Source: an uncultured Gammaproteobacteria bacterium (lineage in GTDB: Bacteria; Patescibacteriota; Microgenomatia; Woykebacterales; RBG-16-39-9b). From it: 64,000 bases of DNA. Below the pieces are notes generated by a model that saw only the letters and a program-made list of their open reading frames with translations, was not told the origin of the DNA and ran no database searches. The first letter of the stretch is position 1, and every line of letters starts with the position of its first letter. The stretch is from contig CAYHXX010000001.1 in the NCBI GenBank assembly GCA_964360785.1, positions 260,187 through 324,186 of the forward strand. The letters are read 5' to 3'. Shown in pieces: positions 36,327 through 46,309 of this stretch. The position numbers and the translations under genes were made by a program.

Positions 36327-37634
36327 CTTTTCCGCAATAAACTTTGTAACCTCTTCAATCTTAATTCGATCTTGTTTCATGCTGTCACGTTCACGGATCG
36401 TTACAGCTTTATCTTCAAGGCTATCAAAATCAACAGTGATACAAAACGGAGTGCCAATCTCGTCGGCGCGACGGTAGCGGCGGCCGATTGAACTCGTTTC
36501 ATCGTAAGTAACCATCCAGTTCTCTTTTAGTTCGTGGAAAATATCTTTGGCAATTTTTTGCAGCTTTTCGTCTTTAACTAAAGGTAAAACCGAGGCTTTA
36601 ATTGGGGCTAGTTTGGGATGAAATTTCAAAACGGTGCGAATCTCACCTTCTGCTTCCTCTTCACTGTAGGCGTCAATAAAGAAGGCGAGGAAGGCCCGAC
36701 CAACTCCAACCGATGGTTCGATAACATAGGGTAAATACTTTTCTTTATCTTCCTCGTCAAAAAAGGTTAAATCTTTACCGGAAACCTTCATATGTTGCTT
36801 GAGATCGTAATCACCGCGAGAAGCAATACCCTCGAGCTCGCCAAAGCCCATGAATGGCCAGTTGTACCAAAGCTCGGCTGTTCCCTTTGAGTAATGGGCA
36901 AGGTCCTCTTTTGGCAGCTGAATCAGTTTGATATTTTCTTTTTTTATCCCTAGGTTTAGAAACCAATTCAAGCGCTCTTTTTGCCAATATTCGTGGGCTT
37001 TTTTCTCGGTTCCCGGCTTAACAAAGTATTCTAGTTCCATCATTTCAAACTCACGCACACGGAAAAGAAAATTCCCGGTTGTAATTTCGTTGCGAAAGCC
37101 TTTACCGATTTGGGCAATTCCAAAAGGAAGTTTCACACGAGAAGATTGCATGACATTATCGAAGTTAATGAAAATTCCTTGCGCGGTTTCTGGTCGCAGG
37201 TAAACAGTGCCAGATTCATCCTCAACTGGACCAATGAAGGTCTTGAACATTAAATTAAAATCTTTTGCTTTAGTGAAATCTTTTTTTCCGCAAGTAGGAC
37301 ACTTACCATCCTCAGGCATATGATCAACCCGAATTCTACTGTGACAATCTTTACACTCTACAAGCGGGTCGGTAAAATTTTTGATATGACCGGAAGCCTC
37401 CCAAACTTTTGGGTGATGAAGAATAGTTGAATCAAGACCAACGACATCTTCACGTTTTTGGACAATTGCTTTCCACCACTCTTCTTTAATATTTTTGGCT
37501 AGTAAGGTTCCCAAAGGCCCGAGATCCCAGGTTCCATTCAACCCTCCATAAATCTCGCTACCTTGAAAGACAAAACCACGTCTTTTTGCTAGCGAAACTA
37601 ATTTTTCCATCAATTGTTCATTTGGCTTGGACAT
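36318..37634 (-). CDS. glyQS: Glycine--tRNA ligase (dimeric class II)
   Basis: 438 aa with the N-terminal motif RRGFVFQGSEIYGGLNGTWDLGPLG, characteristic of alpha2-type GlyRS. Confidence 0.9.
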   Translation of the reverse strand: MSKPNEQLMEKLVSLAKRRGFVFQGSEIYGGLNGTWDLGPLGTLLAKNIKEEWWKAIVQKREDVVGLDSTILHHPKVWEASGHIKNFTDPLVECKDCHSRIRVDHMPEDGKCPTCGKKDFTKAKDFNLMFKTFIGPVEDESGTVYLRPETAQGIFINFDNVMQSSRVKLPFGIAQIGKGFRNEITTGNFLFRVREFEMMELEYFVKPGTEKKAHEYWQKERLNWFLNLGIKKENIKLIQLPKEDLAHYSKGTAELWYNWPFMGFGELEGIASRGDYDLKQHMKVSGKDLTFFDEEDKEKYLPYVIEPSVGVGRAFLAFFIDAYSEEEAEGEIRTVLKFHPKLAPIKASVLPLVKDEKLQKIAKDIFHELKENWMVTYDETSSIGRRYRRADEIGTPFCITVDFDSLEDKAVTIRERDSMKQDRIKIEEVTKFIAEKLK

Positions 37635-37664
37635 GATTTGAAGTATATGATTTCTCTGAACCTA

Positions 37665-37692
37665 TTGCAACCTAGACAAGCTATTGTACAAT
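37665..37692 (+). promoter_or_regulatory. Candidate sigma70 promoter for csrA: TTGCAA-16-TGTACAAT
   Basis: TTGCAA (37665-37670) is followed by a 16-nt spacer and TACAAT (37687-37692) preceded by TG. It is followed by an AAAGGAGG Shine-Dalgarno sequence 7 nt before the ATG. Confidence 0.35.
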
Positions 37693-37718
37693 GGGGCTGG
37701 GGAAAGGAGGATCGCCTT

Positions 37719-37958
37719 ATGCTGATTCTGATGCGTAAGGTGGGTCAGGGAATCTGGATTGAAGGTGATATCTGGGTGAAAGTGCTCAGTGTAGAGCGCG
37801 ACCGGGTAAGGCTCGGTATCACTGCTCCGGGCGATGTGAAGGTGATGCGTCAGGAACTGTTGCACGGGGGCGAAGAGAATCAGCCCTTCGCTGATAAGGC
37901 CCAAGGTGCAACTAACAGTAAACCAACGACCGAGGTAAGTACCAGACCTCCGTCTTGA
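37719..37958 (+). CDS. csrA: Carbon storage regulator CsrA (RNA-binding global regulator)
   Basis: 79 aa beginning MLILMRKVGQGIWIEGDIWVKVLSVERDRVRLGITAPGDVKVMRQEL, which aligns to the CsrA consensus MLILTRRVGE...V.V.VL.V.G..VR.GI.AP..V.V.R.E.. The gene is markedly GC-richer than its flanks and has a strong Shine-Dalgarno sequence, unlike neighbouring genes. Confidence 0.8.
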   Translation: MLILMRKVGQGIWIEGDIWVKVLSVERDRVRLGITAPGDVKVMRQELLHGGEENQPFADKAQGATNSKPTTEVSTRPPS

Positions 37959-37982
37959 CGAGCCCCTGATCCCCCACAACCA

Positions 37983-38023
37983 GAGCTCGGCGCACCCGCG
38001 ACGAGCTCTCAATTATTATTTAC
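37983..38023 (+). terminator. Intrinsic terminator after csrA (GAGCTCG-N12-CGAGCTC stem followed by a T-rich tract)
   Basis: The 7-bp GC-containing inverted repeat at 37983-38008 is followed by tcaaTTaTTaTTT. Confidence 0.4.
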
Positions 38024-38645
38024 AAAGACCACCTAAAAAACAAGATATTTTGATAGTAACTGTACCTTCGACGAGCGCGGCCACTACCAACAACAGAAAT
38101 ACAAGCGGATAGATGGAAATAAGTTTCTTTAGGTCTTCAACAAAAACTTCTCGTCGACTTTTATCTTTTTTATCCAAAATCCAGTTTATACCCAAACGTA
38201 AACCAAAACTCATCCCCAGAAAAGTCCCTAAGTATTCAAAAATTCCGTGAGGCACAATCAATAGAAAGATTTGAAAGGGATTTGCTAAAGCATTGATAGG
38301 CAAGTACCCAAACACAACACCCAAAACCATTCCATTTATATAGGTGACAAATATTGGTACCAAACCAAAGATTGCACCCAAGAAACTTGAAACAGTAGTG
38401 ATAGTGATATTTCGAACGAAAACATAAGAACTTAGATCTAGCCCAGGCTGAACATTTTTATCAATGGAAGAAGCATAGTTTTTCAGGGCTTGTTCAGCAA
38501 AACTCGGAACAAATATAGAGATAATCAAACCGGTAGTGACCCCACAGACAAAAATTACACCCGTTAGTAAAACCCAGCTTTTGTTTACCAATATCGTATT
38601 CTTGTAATAACCAAATACTTTTTTGAGGCTTGGAGTCAGATTCAT
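38016..38645 (-). CDS. SpoIIM/DUF95-family membrane protein
   Basis: 209 aa with 5-6 TM helices and the conserved LIVPHGIFE block of the stage II sporulation protein M-like family. Confidence 0.6.
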   Translation of the reverse strand: MNLTPSLKKVFGYYKNTILVNKSWVLLTGVIFVCGVTTGLIISIFVPSFAEQALKNYASSIDKNVQPGLDLSSYVFVRNITITTVSSFLGAIFGLVPIFVTYINGMVLGVVFGYLPINALANPFQIFLLIVPHGIFEYLGTFLGMSFGLRLGINWILDKKDKSRREVFVEDLKKLISIYPLVFLLLVVAALVEGTVTIKISCFLGGLCK

Positions 38646-38650
38646 GGAGT

Positions 38651-39466
38651 TTAGACTAGCAGAGAAAGCTTTTCAATTTCCACTGCAAATCTTTCCGCAC
38701 CTAGATCACGATCCAGGTGGTAGGCGGTGTAAATATTTAGTAGTTTACAGATTTCCTGCACATCGATATCTGAAAGTTTCAACTGGTCAATACGTTCTAT
38801 TGGCTCTGAGTTTATAAATCTTATAACTTTAATGCTATCTCCTTTGATTCTTTTGGAAACTAGAGATTCACTGCTACAAGTCTTATCGATCAAACCACCC
38901 AAATGTGGTGCAAGAAAGTTATTGCTTTCTTTTAATTTATTACCACATTTTATACAACGATAAAGTTCTGGCAGGTAACCCATCTCCCGTAGTAGTTTGA
39001 TCTGAAAACTAGCAACTAATACTTTATCTTTTTCAAAGCTCTTACTTTGATTGATCCCTTCCAGAAAAAGTAATAATTGGTTGTAGAGATTTGTGTTTTC
39101 TTGTCCTTCTGGTAGAAACTGGTCGATTAGTTCTAGCAATAAGTAAGCCAAACCCAATTTTCTTAAATCAGATTTTATTTTCTTAAAAGAAGTTAGAGTG
39201 GAAGCCTCAGTTACTACAGGAAGTTTCCCGTTTCCATGGGCAAAAAACTTTATCTGGTTGATAAGCTCCAGATTTCCGGCGCGACGAGAACTTACTTTGC
39301 GTACGCCTTTAGCAATTACAGAGATTTTTCCTTGGTATTTTGAGAAAATTGTCACGATTTTATCAGCTTCACCAATATTTTTTCTCTTGATGACCAAACC
39401 TTCACTAGAAAAACTTTTTCTCATTTTACAGTTTAATTGTAACCTCTTTATCCTCCCGCAAGTCAA
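38651..39466 (-). CDS. recO: DNA repair protein RecO
   Basis: The N-terminal OB-fold segment SEGLVIKRKNIGEADKIVTIFSKYQGKISVIAKGVRK and a C-terminal CxxC Zn-finger (CIKCGNK) match RecO. The likely start is the internal MRKSF at about 39424; the ORF-track start overlaps the upstream gene. Confidence 0.75.
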   Translation of the reverse strand: MTCGRIKRLQLNCKMRKSFSSEGLVIKRKNIGEADKIVTIFSKYQGKISVIAKGVRKVSSRRAGNLELINQIKFFAHGNGKLPVVTEASTLTSFKKIKSDLRKLGLAYLLLELIDQFLPEGQENTNLYNQLLLFLEGINQSKSFEKDKVLVASFQIKLLREMGYLPELYRCIKCGNKLKESNNFLAPHLGGLIDKTCSSESLVSKRIKGDSIKVIRFINSEPIERIDQLKLSDIDVQEICKLLNIYTAYHLDRDLGAERFAVEIEKLSLLV

Positions 39467-41339
39467 ATTGCTCCTTTATCACACCGTTTATCTTAATAAC
39501 CATGTCCACATACTCGACTCCGGGTTGTTTTTGTATCAACATTTTATAGTCCTCCCCAGGTTGAATCTTGAAAGGTAAGCGATATGTAAAACTGGACAAA
39601 GTCGAGTTGAGTGGGTAGGTTGCCGAATACCCCCGAAAAACTTCCTTGCCAAACTCCTGACCACTACTAAAATCCTTTGGAACTTTTTTACTGATCAAAA
39701 TACTGTTCTCAGGAACATAAATCCGCATCCAGTTTAGATAGATAGAATTGAGCCAACCGTCCGCTCTGGCGGTATTGGAAAGAGTCACATCGACTGTTTT
39801 AGTTACATTACCACTTTCATCTATTTTTATATCCTGGACAACCTTTTGCTTCATATACAGATTACCCTTCAACCCTCCGAAATTGGAATTGTTCAGATGA
39901 AAATAATCATATTTTGAATCATGTATTTGACCGGCGTAATTGTATTTTTCTACAAAATTCTGCGCTGGAGTGTTGTGGAAATAAAACAGGATATGTTTTT
40001 CCTTAGCTGTTTTGGCAAAGACTTCGAGGTACTTTGGGAATTCTTCAGTTTTTGAATTCATGATTTTCTCGAGAAGCGCATCCATGAGTTCTCCCACGAT
40101 ACCTTTTCTGTCAGGTTTACTTTGATTTATTTTCTCAGCATGAAGCTCAAGTTTGTAAACTACATCCGGGATCCCTAATCTATTCTTCTCAGCCGAAAAA
40201 GTCTCTTTGGTCTTCTTTGTGGTGATTGGACCAGTAACTGCTACGAAACTGCGTACAAACTCAGTATCCAAAGCAAAAATACCATCGACTTTAGGCATCT
40301 TTGGGATGGTGTTGTACATACTTTCAAATTTCTGTGCTGAAACTTTGTAGTCTGGAGAAATATTGGAATCTCTGATTGGCAAGCTGTTGTGACCAATATA
40401 CTTTCTGATAGCCTCGGGTGCTACCTCAGTGCGTTTATACTTTAAATCTAGCTGGTAGATATCATCACTGTCAGTAGAAATAATCTGTCCACCTTTTACT
40501 TTTACCAAAGCGTAAGCTGTAATAAAACCTCCGGTGGCACGTAATTCTTTATCGTTTTGTAACAAAATTAGATAGGTCTTCTCTTGCGGCTCACCAGCAA
40601 TCTCCGGGGCTGCCAAAAGCAGTGGTTTCACCTCCGGAATAATTTGGTTGGCTTGACTGACAGCGTTCTTCGCTTTCGTTAAAGCTTCTTTCACACTAAA
40701 ACCTTTTACCTTAAAACCACTCGGGTAACGATCAGGATTTATCTGATCAAGTTCTTCACCGATTTCCGCTAGTTTTGTGCTCGCCTCATCCACAAGAGGA
40801 ATTAGTTCCGGAACCACTTCTTTAACTATTTTCTGCGCTTTTTGCTCAGTAGTTATTTCCTCTTTCTCCTCTGATTTGAACCCAAGAACATCGGCAAATG
40901 GGTCAAGCGCCTTCAATCCGTGATCGCCTAGCTCCACTCCACTATCAAGAATATTTAAAAGATGCTCACCATCATTGTAGTAACCTGCAAGAATCGGAAT
41001 ATATTTGGTAAAAGAAAGTTTCGAAAATTCTTCCCTTGTCTTTTTTGACTCAGAATCTAGTTTTTGTAGCTCGTTCTCGGCTTTCTGTATGTCTTTTTCC
41101 TGTAGTGCATCCTCAACATTTTTGGCTTGGGTATAGGTTTCCTCAACTTGTTCACTCAGAACCTTTGCACGCGGGTAGATAATTGCTGCTAGTAAAGCGC
41201 CTACAACAAGCAACACACCTAGCGTTACAACTATCGTGAACAGTGCGCTTTTGAGAAAAAGTTTGAGCGAAAATTTTGCTGAAGTTTTATCCTCAACTTT
41301 TATTTCTTTTGGAGCAGTATCGATGTACTTTACACTCAT
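39426..41339 (-). CDS. Large N-terminally anchored extracytoplasmic protein, DUF4012-like, associated with polysaccharide loci
   Basis: 637 aa with a single N-terminal TM helix and a coiled-coil-rich N-terminal third followed by a large soluble domain. It sits immediately upstream of the initiating sugar transferase. Confidence 0.4.
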   Translation of the reverse strand: MSVKYIDTAPKEIKVEDKTSAKFSLKLFLKSALFTIVVTLGVLLVVGALLAAIIYPRAKVLSEQVEETYTQAKNVEDALQEKDIQKAENELQKLDSESKKTREEFSKLSFTKYIPILAGYYNDGEHLLNILDSGVELGDHGLKALDPFADVLGFKSEEKEEITTEQKAQKIVKEVVPELIPLVDEASTKLAEIGEELDQINPDRYPSGFKVKGFSVKEALTKAKNAVSQANQIIPEVKPLLLAAPEIAGEPQEKTYLILLQNDKELRATGGFITAYALVKVKGGQIISTDSDDIYQLDLKYKRTEVAPEAIRKYIGHNSLPIRDSNISPDYKVSAQKFESMYNTIPKMPKVDGIFALDTEFVRSFVAVTGPITTKKTKETFSAEKNRLGIPDVVYKLELHAEKINQSKPDRKGIVGELMDALLEKIMNSKTEEFPKYLEVFAKTAKEKHILFYFHNTPAQNFVEKYNYAGQIHDSKYDYFHLNNSNFGGLKGNLYMKQKVVQDIKIDESGNVTKTVDVTLSNTARADGWLNSIYLNWMRIYVPENSILISKKVPKDFSSGQEFGKEVFRGYSATYPLNSTLSSFTYRLPFKIQPGEDYKMLIQKQPGVEYVDMVIKINGVIKEQFDLREDKEVTIKL

Positions 41340-42037
41340 CAGGCAGTATTCCCTTCCCCTTTCATAACAGCTTTCGGGGTTTTACAAAGTATTAGCAAAT
41401 CGAGCAATAATGATTTTCTTTGTGCGTAACTCGCGTCCATTTCAATTCTTTTTTCAAAACCTACCTCACTACGCCCAGATACTTGCCACAACCCTGTCAT
41501 TCCTGGTTTTACTGTTAGGGCTTTCTTGATAAACTCTTTACAACTTGGAAACTTGTCCTTCTGCTCAGCTAACTCATCTGGGTAATATGCTCTCGGCCCA
41601 ACTAAACTCATTTGTCCAACCAACACGTTTAAAAATTGTGGCAACTCATCAATGCTTGCCCTTCTCAGAACTCTACCAACTGGTGTAACACGTGGATCGT
41701 TCGCCAGTTTGAAACTATTTCGTTTGTATTGGTCCAAAAGTTCCTTATATTTTGGATCTGTTCTAATAAGATCATGGGAGTTCTTAACCATAGTACGGAA
41801 TTTCAACATTCTAAAAACTTTTTCATCCTGACCTATTCTATCTGAATGTTCGACGAAAACAGAACCTTCAGAAGTTATCTTGATCAGAAAAGCTGAAATC
41901 ACAATAACTGGAGAAAAGAGCAATAGACCTACAAGAGAGCCAAATATATCAACACACCTTTTTACAAATTCATAAAGCATAAATTGGAAAGTCAAGCTTA
42001 AAAAATGGCAAAGGAAACACTCCTTTGCCTGCTTCAA
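41339..42037 (-). CDS. Initiating polyprenyl-phosphate sugar-phosphate transferase (bacterial sugar transferase, WbaP/PglC-like C-domain)
   Basis: Contains [10 protein letters not shown]...[21 protein letters not shown], the signature of the PF02397 family. The probable start is the internal MLYEF at about 41980. Confidence 0.85.
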   Translation of the reverse strand: MKQAKECFLCHFLSLTFQFMLYEFVKRCVDIFGSLVGLLLFSPVIVISAFLIKITSEGSVFVEHSDRIGQDEKVFRMLKFRTMVKNSHDLIRTDPKYKELLDQYKRNSFKLANDPRVTPVGRVLRRASIDELPQFLNVLVGQMSLVGPRAYYPDELAEQKDKFPSCKEFIKKALTVKPGMTGLWQVSGRSEVGFEKRIEMDASYAQRKSLLLDLLILCKTPKAVMKGEGNTA

Positions 42038-42054
42038 AAGTAACTCAAATTATA

Positions 42055-43140
42055 TCATAAATAACGCTGTTTTTCTGAATCTTTAAGTTGCTGAACAATT
42101 TTCTTTACGTCTTGGCTTCTTGCCTTCGGGCAGATCAATAGAGCATCTGGTGTATCCACAATTATCATGCTTTCCAAACCGATCGTAGCAACTAATTTAC
42201 CCTCGTTAGTTTGGAAGACCAAACAATCTACTGAATCTAGATCAACGTGCTCACCTCTTACTACATTTAATTCCTCGCTTTCTGCCAACTCGTCCTTAAA
42301 TACATTCCAGGCTCCAACGTCAGTCCAACCTAGAACTGCTGGAATTTCCAATTGGTCTTCCTTACCCAATTTCTCAAATAGAGCATGGTCGATCATAACC
42401 TTTGGGATTTTGCTATATTCCTGGGCAATAATTTCTGACTCAGTCTCTGCTCCAAATGCTTCTTGGATTTTTTTGAGACTTTCAAAGGTCTCTGGCGTAT
42501 ATCTTTCAAATAGTTCCATGATTTTCTTTAGAGGCCAAACAAAATACCCAGTATTCCAAAGGTAGTTTCCTGATTCTAAGAATTTCTCTGCTGTTTTATG
42601 GTCTGGCTTCTCTACGTGTCTAATAAATTCAAGGATATCGAAGCCATCAACCTCTTCTATTCTTCTACCAACCTCAATATACCCAAGATGAGGACTAGGA
42701 AAAGTCGGTCGAACGTCAACTTTTGCAATAACATTTTTTTCTTTGGCTAGTTTCTCAGCTGTTTTTAAAGCTTTTACAAAAGTATCTTTCTCCCGCACTA
42801 TGTGGTCCGCCCCCCAAATTGCAGCCATGGTTTCTCCAGGGAATTTCTTAGCCAGGTAAGCGCTGGCAAAACTAACTGCTGCGAGTGTATCTCGCATTTC
42901 TGGCTCTCCAAGAATATTCTCGCTTGGTAACTCTGGAACCTGTTTTTTTACCAGAGGAATAAACTTTTCCCCAGTCAAAACAAAAACATCTTCTGGTGAA
43001 AACCCTCTCAGGACCATAGCAACCATTTCCTGAAACAGTGAGCGTTCCCCAACCAGTTTTTGGAACTGCTTTGGCATTTCTTGACGAGACAGAGGCCACA
43101 TCCGTGTACCAGAACCTCCAGAAAAGATTACAATCTTCAA
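42055..43140 (-). CDS. manC: Mannose-1-phosphate guanylyltransferase (GDP-mannose pyrophosphorylase)
   Basis: 361 aa beginning MKIVIFSGGSGTRMWPLSR, with a nucleotidyltransferase domain and a C-terminal beta-helix-like region. Confidence 0.8.
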   Translation of the reverse strand: MKIVIFSGGSGTRMWPLSRQEMPKQFQKLVGERSLFQEMVAMVLRGFSPEDVFVLTGEKFIPLVKKQVPELPSENILGEPEMRDTLAAVSFASAYLAKKFPGETMAAIWGADHIVREKDTFVKALKTAEKLAKEKNVIAKVDVRPTFPSPHLGYIEVGRRIEEVDGFDILEFIRHVEKPDHKTAEKFLESGNYLWNTGYFVWPLKKIMELFERYTPETFESLKKIQEAFGAETESEIIAQEYSKIPKVMIDHALFEKLGKEDQLEIPAVLGWTDVGAWNVFKDELAESEELNVVRGEHVDLDSVDCLVFQTNEGKLVATIGLESMIIVDTPDALLICPKARSQDVKKIVQQLKDSEKQRYL

Positions 43141-44276
43141 GTTAATTTCCTTTCTTTCAAGATCTTACCAACATAATTAATGATATTTTCTTTAAATAGC
43201 TTTTTTGAAAACTTCTTTGCCTGGTTCTTACAATCTTCTGGATTAATTTTCATGGTTTCAAATTTTTTCACAGCTTCTATTATAGACTCTGGTTCTTGTT
43301 TATTGAAAAAAATACCTGTCTGACCATCTACTACTGTTTCCAGTGCTCCACCAGCAGCGTAAGTAATAACTGGTATTCCTGCAGCCATTGCTTCCACAGG
43401 TACTATACCAAAATCTTCAAACGTTGGGAAAATCAATGCCTTTGCATTTTGCAATAAGTTCGTAACTTCTGAGTCCGACAATCTACCGAGCAACTCGACA
43501 TTTGGTGCAGCTATCTTCTTCAACAATGAAAATTGTGGGCCTTCCCCAACTATTTTCAGCCTCAAACCTAATTTATTAAACGCCTTGACTGCAGTATCAA
43601 CTTTTTTATAGCCCCCCAAACGGGAAATGATTATATAGTAGTTTTCTTTCTTAGAGCTGTCAGTTTTTGAAAATCTCTCAACATCTACTGGCGGGTATAT
43701 AACAGTAGAGTCTCTGTGGTAGTGCTTTTCAATTCTTTTTTGAACTTCAAGAGAGTTCGTCAGGAAATAATCAATCTTTTGGGCTGCTCCAAAGTCCGCT
43801 CTCTTTAGGAATGCTTTAAATAGAGGTACCAAAATCATGTATAGTGGCGCCAACAATCTATCAAACCAGCGTCGGTAATAACGTGACAACTCTGTGTCAT
43901 ATCCCCAAAGAAACCTTGGTACAGTGTGAAGATAGCAAATATGGACCGCTCCTTTTTTTCCTCTGACAAATTTTGAAGCATAAGAACAGGTGCTAATTAT
44001 CAAATCAGCATCTTCCAAATTCTGAAACCGAAAGGCCAGTGGGTAGAGAAAAAAATAATGTTTTGTGAGGTACTTGTTAAATGGCAGTTTACTTATAAAA
44101 TTGGTTTTTATTTTCTTTGAGGGGATCTTCAACCAACTCTCCATCAGCTTCTTATCGTAAATACTTGTATAGACAGTTGCGTCGGGATAGAGCTCGTAAA
44201 GAGCTTCCAGAACCCGTTCCCCACCGCCATATTGATTGAGATAATCATGAACTAATGCTATTTTTAATTGTTTCAT
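43137..44276 (-). CDS. Glycosyltransferase family 4 (GT-B, retaining)
   Basis: 379 aa. The C-terminal half carries the E..GIVPVEAMAAGIPVI GT4 donor-binding motif. Confidence 0.8.
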   Translation of the reverse strand: MKQLKIALVHDYLNQYGGGERVLEALYELYPDATVYTSIYDKKLMESWLKIPSKKIKTNFISKLPFNKYLTKHYFFLYPLAFRFQNLEDADLIISTCSYASKFVRGKKGAVHICYLHTVPRFLWGYDTELSRYYRRWFDRLLAPLYMILVPLFKAFLKRADFGAAQKIDYFLTNSLEVQKRIEKHYHRDSTVIYPPVDVERFSKTDSSKKENYYIIISRLGGYKKVDTAVKAFNKLGLRLKIVGEGPQFSLLKKIAAPNVELLGRLSDSEVTNLLQNAKALIFPTFEDFGIVPVEAMAAGIPVITYAAGGALETVVDGQTGIFFNKQEPESIIEAVKKFETMKINPEDCKNQAKKFSKKLFKENIINYVGKILKERKLT

Positions 44277-44333
44277 AACAGGTTTTTATTATACTCTTTG
44301 AAGGGAACTTACTGAACTTAAATTATATAAAAT

Positions 44334-45341
44334 TTAGAGGTCTTTCGACTCTGCTGAAGTTGTAGTTGTTTTTTCTTGGGTCTCAGGCAGAGTATTACTC
44401 GTACGTGGTAGTAAATCTCCGGTCTGTACTCCCAGCTTTTGACTAAATCTCTTTAGATCATCAAATCCGGTAACTGCGAGACGAGGTAATGAAAGATAAT
44501 CACTTTTCCTGAGAATATCTCCGGGCAAAGTGCCGAAAGCAAGCTTATAACCTGCCTCACGAACCAAATTAATTATATTTTGATCAAAATCCCCATACGG
44601 GTAAGCAAAATAGTTTACCTTTTTACTGAGAATCTCCTCCAAAATCCTTTTACTTTCAAAAATCTCACTTCTCTGCTCTTCTGGAGTTAGTTTAGTAAGC
44701 ATAAGGTGACTCATTGAGTGTGCTTGTACATCCACTAAACCGGAGTTGTGGATTTCCCGAAGCATTTGTGTATCCATATACCCAGGAAATTTTGAATAAC
44801 CAACAACATAAAAACTAACAGCCCGCATATTGTATTTTTTTAATAAGGGAAAGGCGTTGGTATAGAAATCTCTAAAACCATCGTCAAAGGTTAAGATTAC
44901 CGATTTTGGTGGTAAGGGTTCTCTATTTTCAAAACTAGCAGCCAAATCATTCAAACTTAAAGTTTGAAAACCTTTGTCATGAAGGTACGAGAGCTGCTCT
45001 TCCAAACTTTTGGGTGAGACGGAAAACTCAATATCTGATCTGTCGGCTACCAAGAGAACATCTCTAACATGATGGTAGGTCAGAATAGGAACTTTAACTT
45101 CAAACTCTTCAGTTCCAACTTGCTTTTCAGAGACTGAGCTAACAACAGCGTTTGTCTGAAGTTTTGGTAAAGTAGTATCCATGGAAGGGAACGTATTGAA
45201 CGTTTGTGCCTGTATTTCTGAAGGAATTATCGCGGTGCCCTTGGAAATAAACAGTTGATTAGCTGCTGAAATAGCTCCAAAAACAACTATCAATATCACC
45301 AATATTATTTGAATGAAATTGCTCTGGTTTTTGTTTTCCAT
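44334..45341 (-). CDS. Polysaccharide deacetylase (CE4/NodB homology) with N-terminal TM anchor
   Basis: 335 aa with the motif TFDDGF and downstream H-containing motifs of the CE4 family. Confidence 0.8.
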   Translation of the reverse strand: MENKNQSNFIQIILVILIVVFGAISAANQLFISKGTAIIPSEIQAQTFNTFPSMDTTLPKLQTNAVVSSVSEKQVGTEEFEVKVPILTYHHVRDVLLVADRSDIEFSVSPKSLEEQLSYLHDKGFQTLSLNDLAASFENREPLPPKSVILTFDDGFRDFYTNAFPLLKKYNMRAVSFYVVGYSKFPGYMDTQMLREIHNSGLVDVQAHSMSHLMLTKLTPEEQRSEIFESKRILEEILSKKVNYFAYPYGDFDQNIINLVREAGYKLAFGTLPGDILRKSDYLSLPRLAVTGFDDLKRFSQKLGVQTGDLLPRTSNTLPETQEKTTTTSAESKDL

Positions 45342-45356
45342 AAGTAGGACTTAAGT

Positions 45357-46298
45357 CTAACTACATTTTGACTTTGAAAACTGATCTATTTGTTCGGCGT
45401 TGAGAGTAATAACCTTGAAACTCAAAGTACAGTCTTTCTTCTCAGCCAACAAAAAATGAAAGGCAGAAATCTGTTTGTCAGTAAACCACTCTGGTTTACC
45501 AACTTTGTACAACGGTGCTCCCCCTCCTCCACTTACGATATAAAAAACACCATTGTCTTGGCAAGTATTAGATTTTATAGAGCAAGTTCTTTGATAATTA
45601 TGATCATGTCCCGAAAAAACAAAATCAACATTATTTTTCTCCAATATTGGAACTATTTTTTCTTGTACTTTTTTGTCACCACCATGCATACCAGTACTGT
45701 AGGGCGGATGGTGGAAATAAACTATCCTCCATTTGCTACTCGAGTCTGCGAGTGTGCTTTCTAACCAAGGAAACATTTTATTTAGATTCTCCTCAAGCGG
45801 ATCATTTGTGTCCAGAGCGACAAAAAGAATATCCTTGTACTCAAACGAGTAGTATCTTTCATTCCCAGGCAAATCAAAGGTATCGACAAAGGGCTGGCCC
45901 TTGTTTGTCTGGTAATCGTGGTTTCCCAGCACAGGGTAAAAACTGCTTTTTACTAAAAGATTGCCATAGATATCCAGTACATTCTTTTGTATCTCTGCAT
46001 AACTTCCACTATAGTAAGCCAGATCACCAGTGTGAATTATCAGATCGGCTTTCTGCGCTGCCAACAGAGTAGCAATTTGTTTCTGCTCGTTACTTCCAAC
46101 CCCACTATCGCCAAAAACCAAGAAACTAAAATCTTGAGAAGGTGTTTGTGGCAAGGAAACATTTGCTTGTGGCAAAAGCGGCGTTTCAGGGACACGGTTA
46201 CCAAAATAAAAGTAAATTCCCACACCAATTAAGATATAAAATATTAAGAACGCTAAAAAGCTTAGTTCTTTTTTCGACGGAATTTTTGGCAGTTTCAT
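45357..46298 (-). CDS. Calcineurin-like metallophosphoesterase, membrane-anchored
   Basis: 313 aa with GDSGVG...GDLAY...GNHDY...GHDH metallophosphatase motifs. Confidence 0.75.
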   Translation of the reverse strand: MKLPKIPSKKELSFLAFLIFYILIGVGIYFYFGNRVPETPLLPQANVSLPQTPSQDFSFLVFGDSGVGSNEQKQIATLLAAQKADLIIHTGDLAYYSGSYAEIQKNVLDIYGNLLVKSSFYPVLGNHDYQTNKGQPFVDTFDLPGNERYYSFEYKDILFVALDTNDPLEENLNKMFPWLESTLADSSSKWRIVYFHHPPYSTGMHGGDKKVQEKIVPILEKNNVDFVFSGHDHNYQRTCSIKSNTCQDNGVFYIVSGGGGAPLYKVGKPEWFTDKQISAFHFLLAEKKDCTLSFKVITLNAEQIDQFSKSKCS

Positions 46299-46309
46299 AT
46301 ATTAAGAAA

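Noticed and set aside
37662-38012. 116-aa minus-strand ORF antisense to csrA
   Set aside because: It lies entirely within the GC-rich csrA island on the opposite strand and has no recognisable motif. High GC creates spurious long open frames, whereas the plus-strand frame has a clear CsrA match with promoter, Shine-Dalgarno sequence and terminator.
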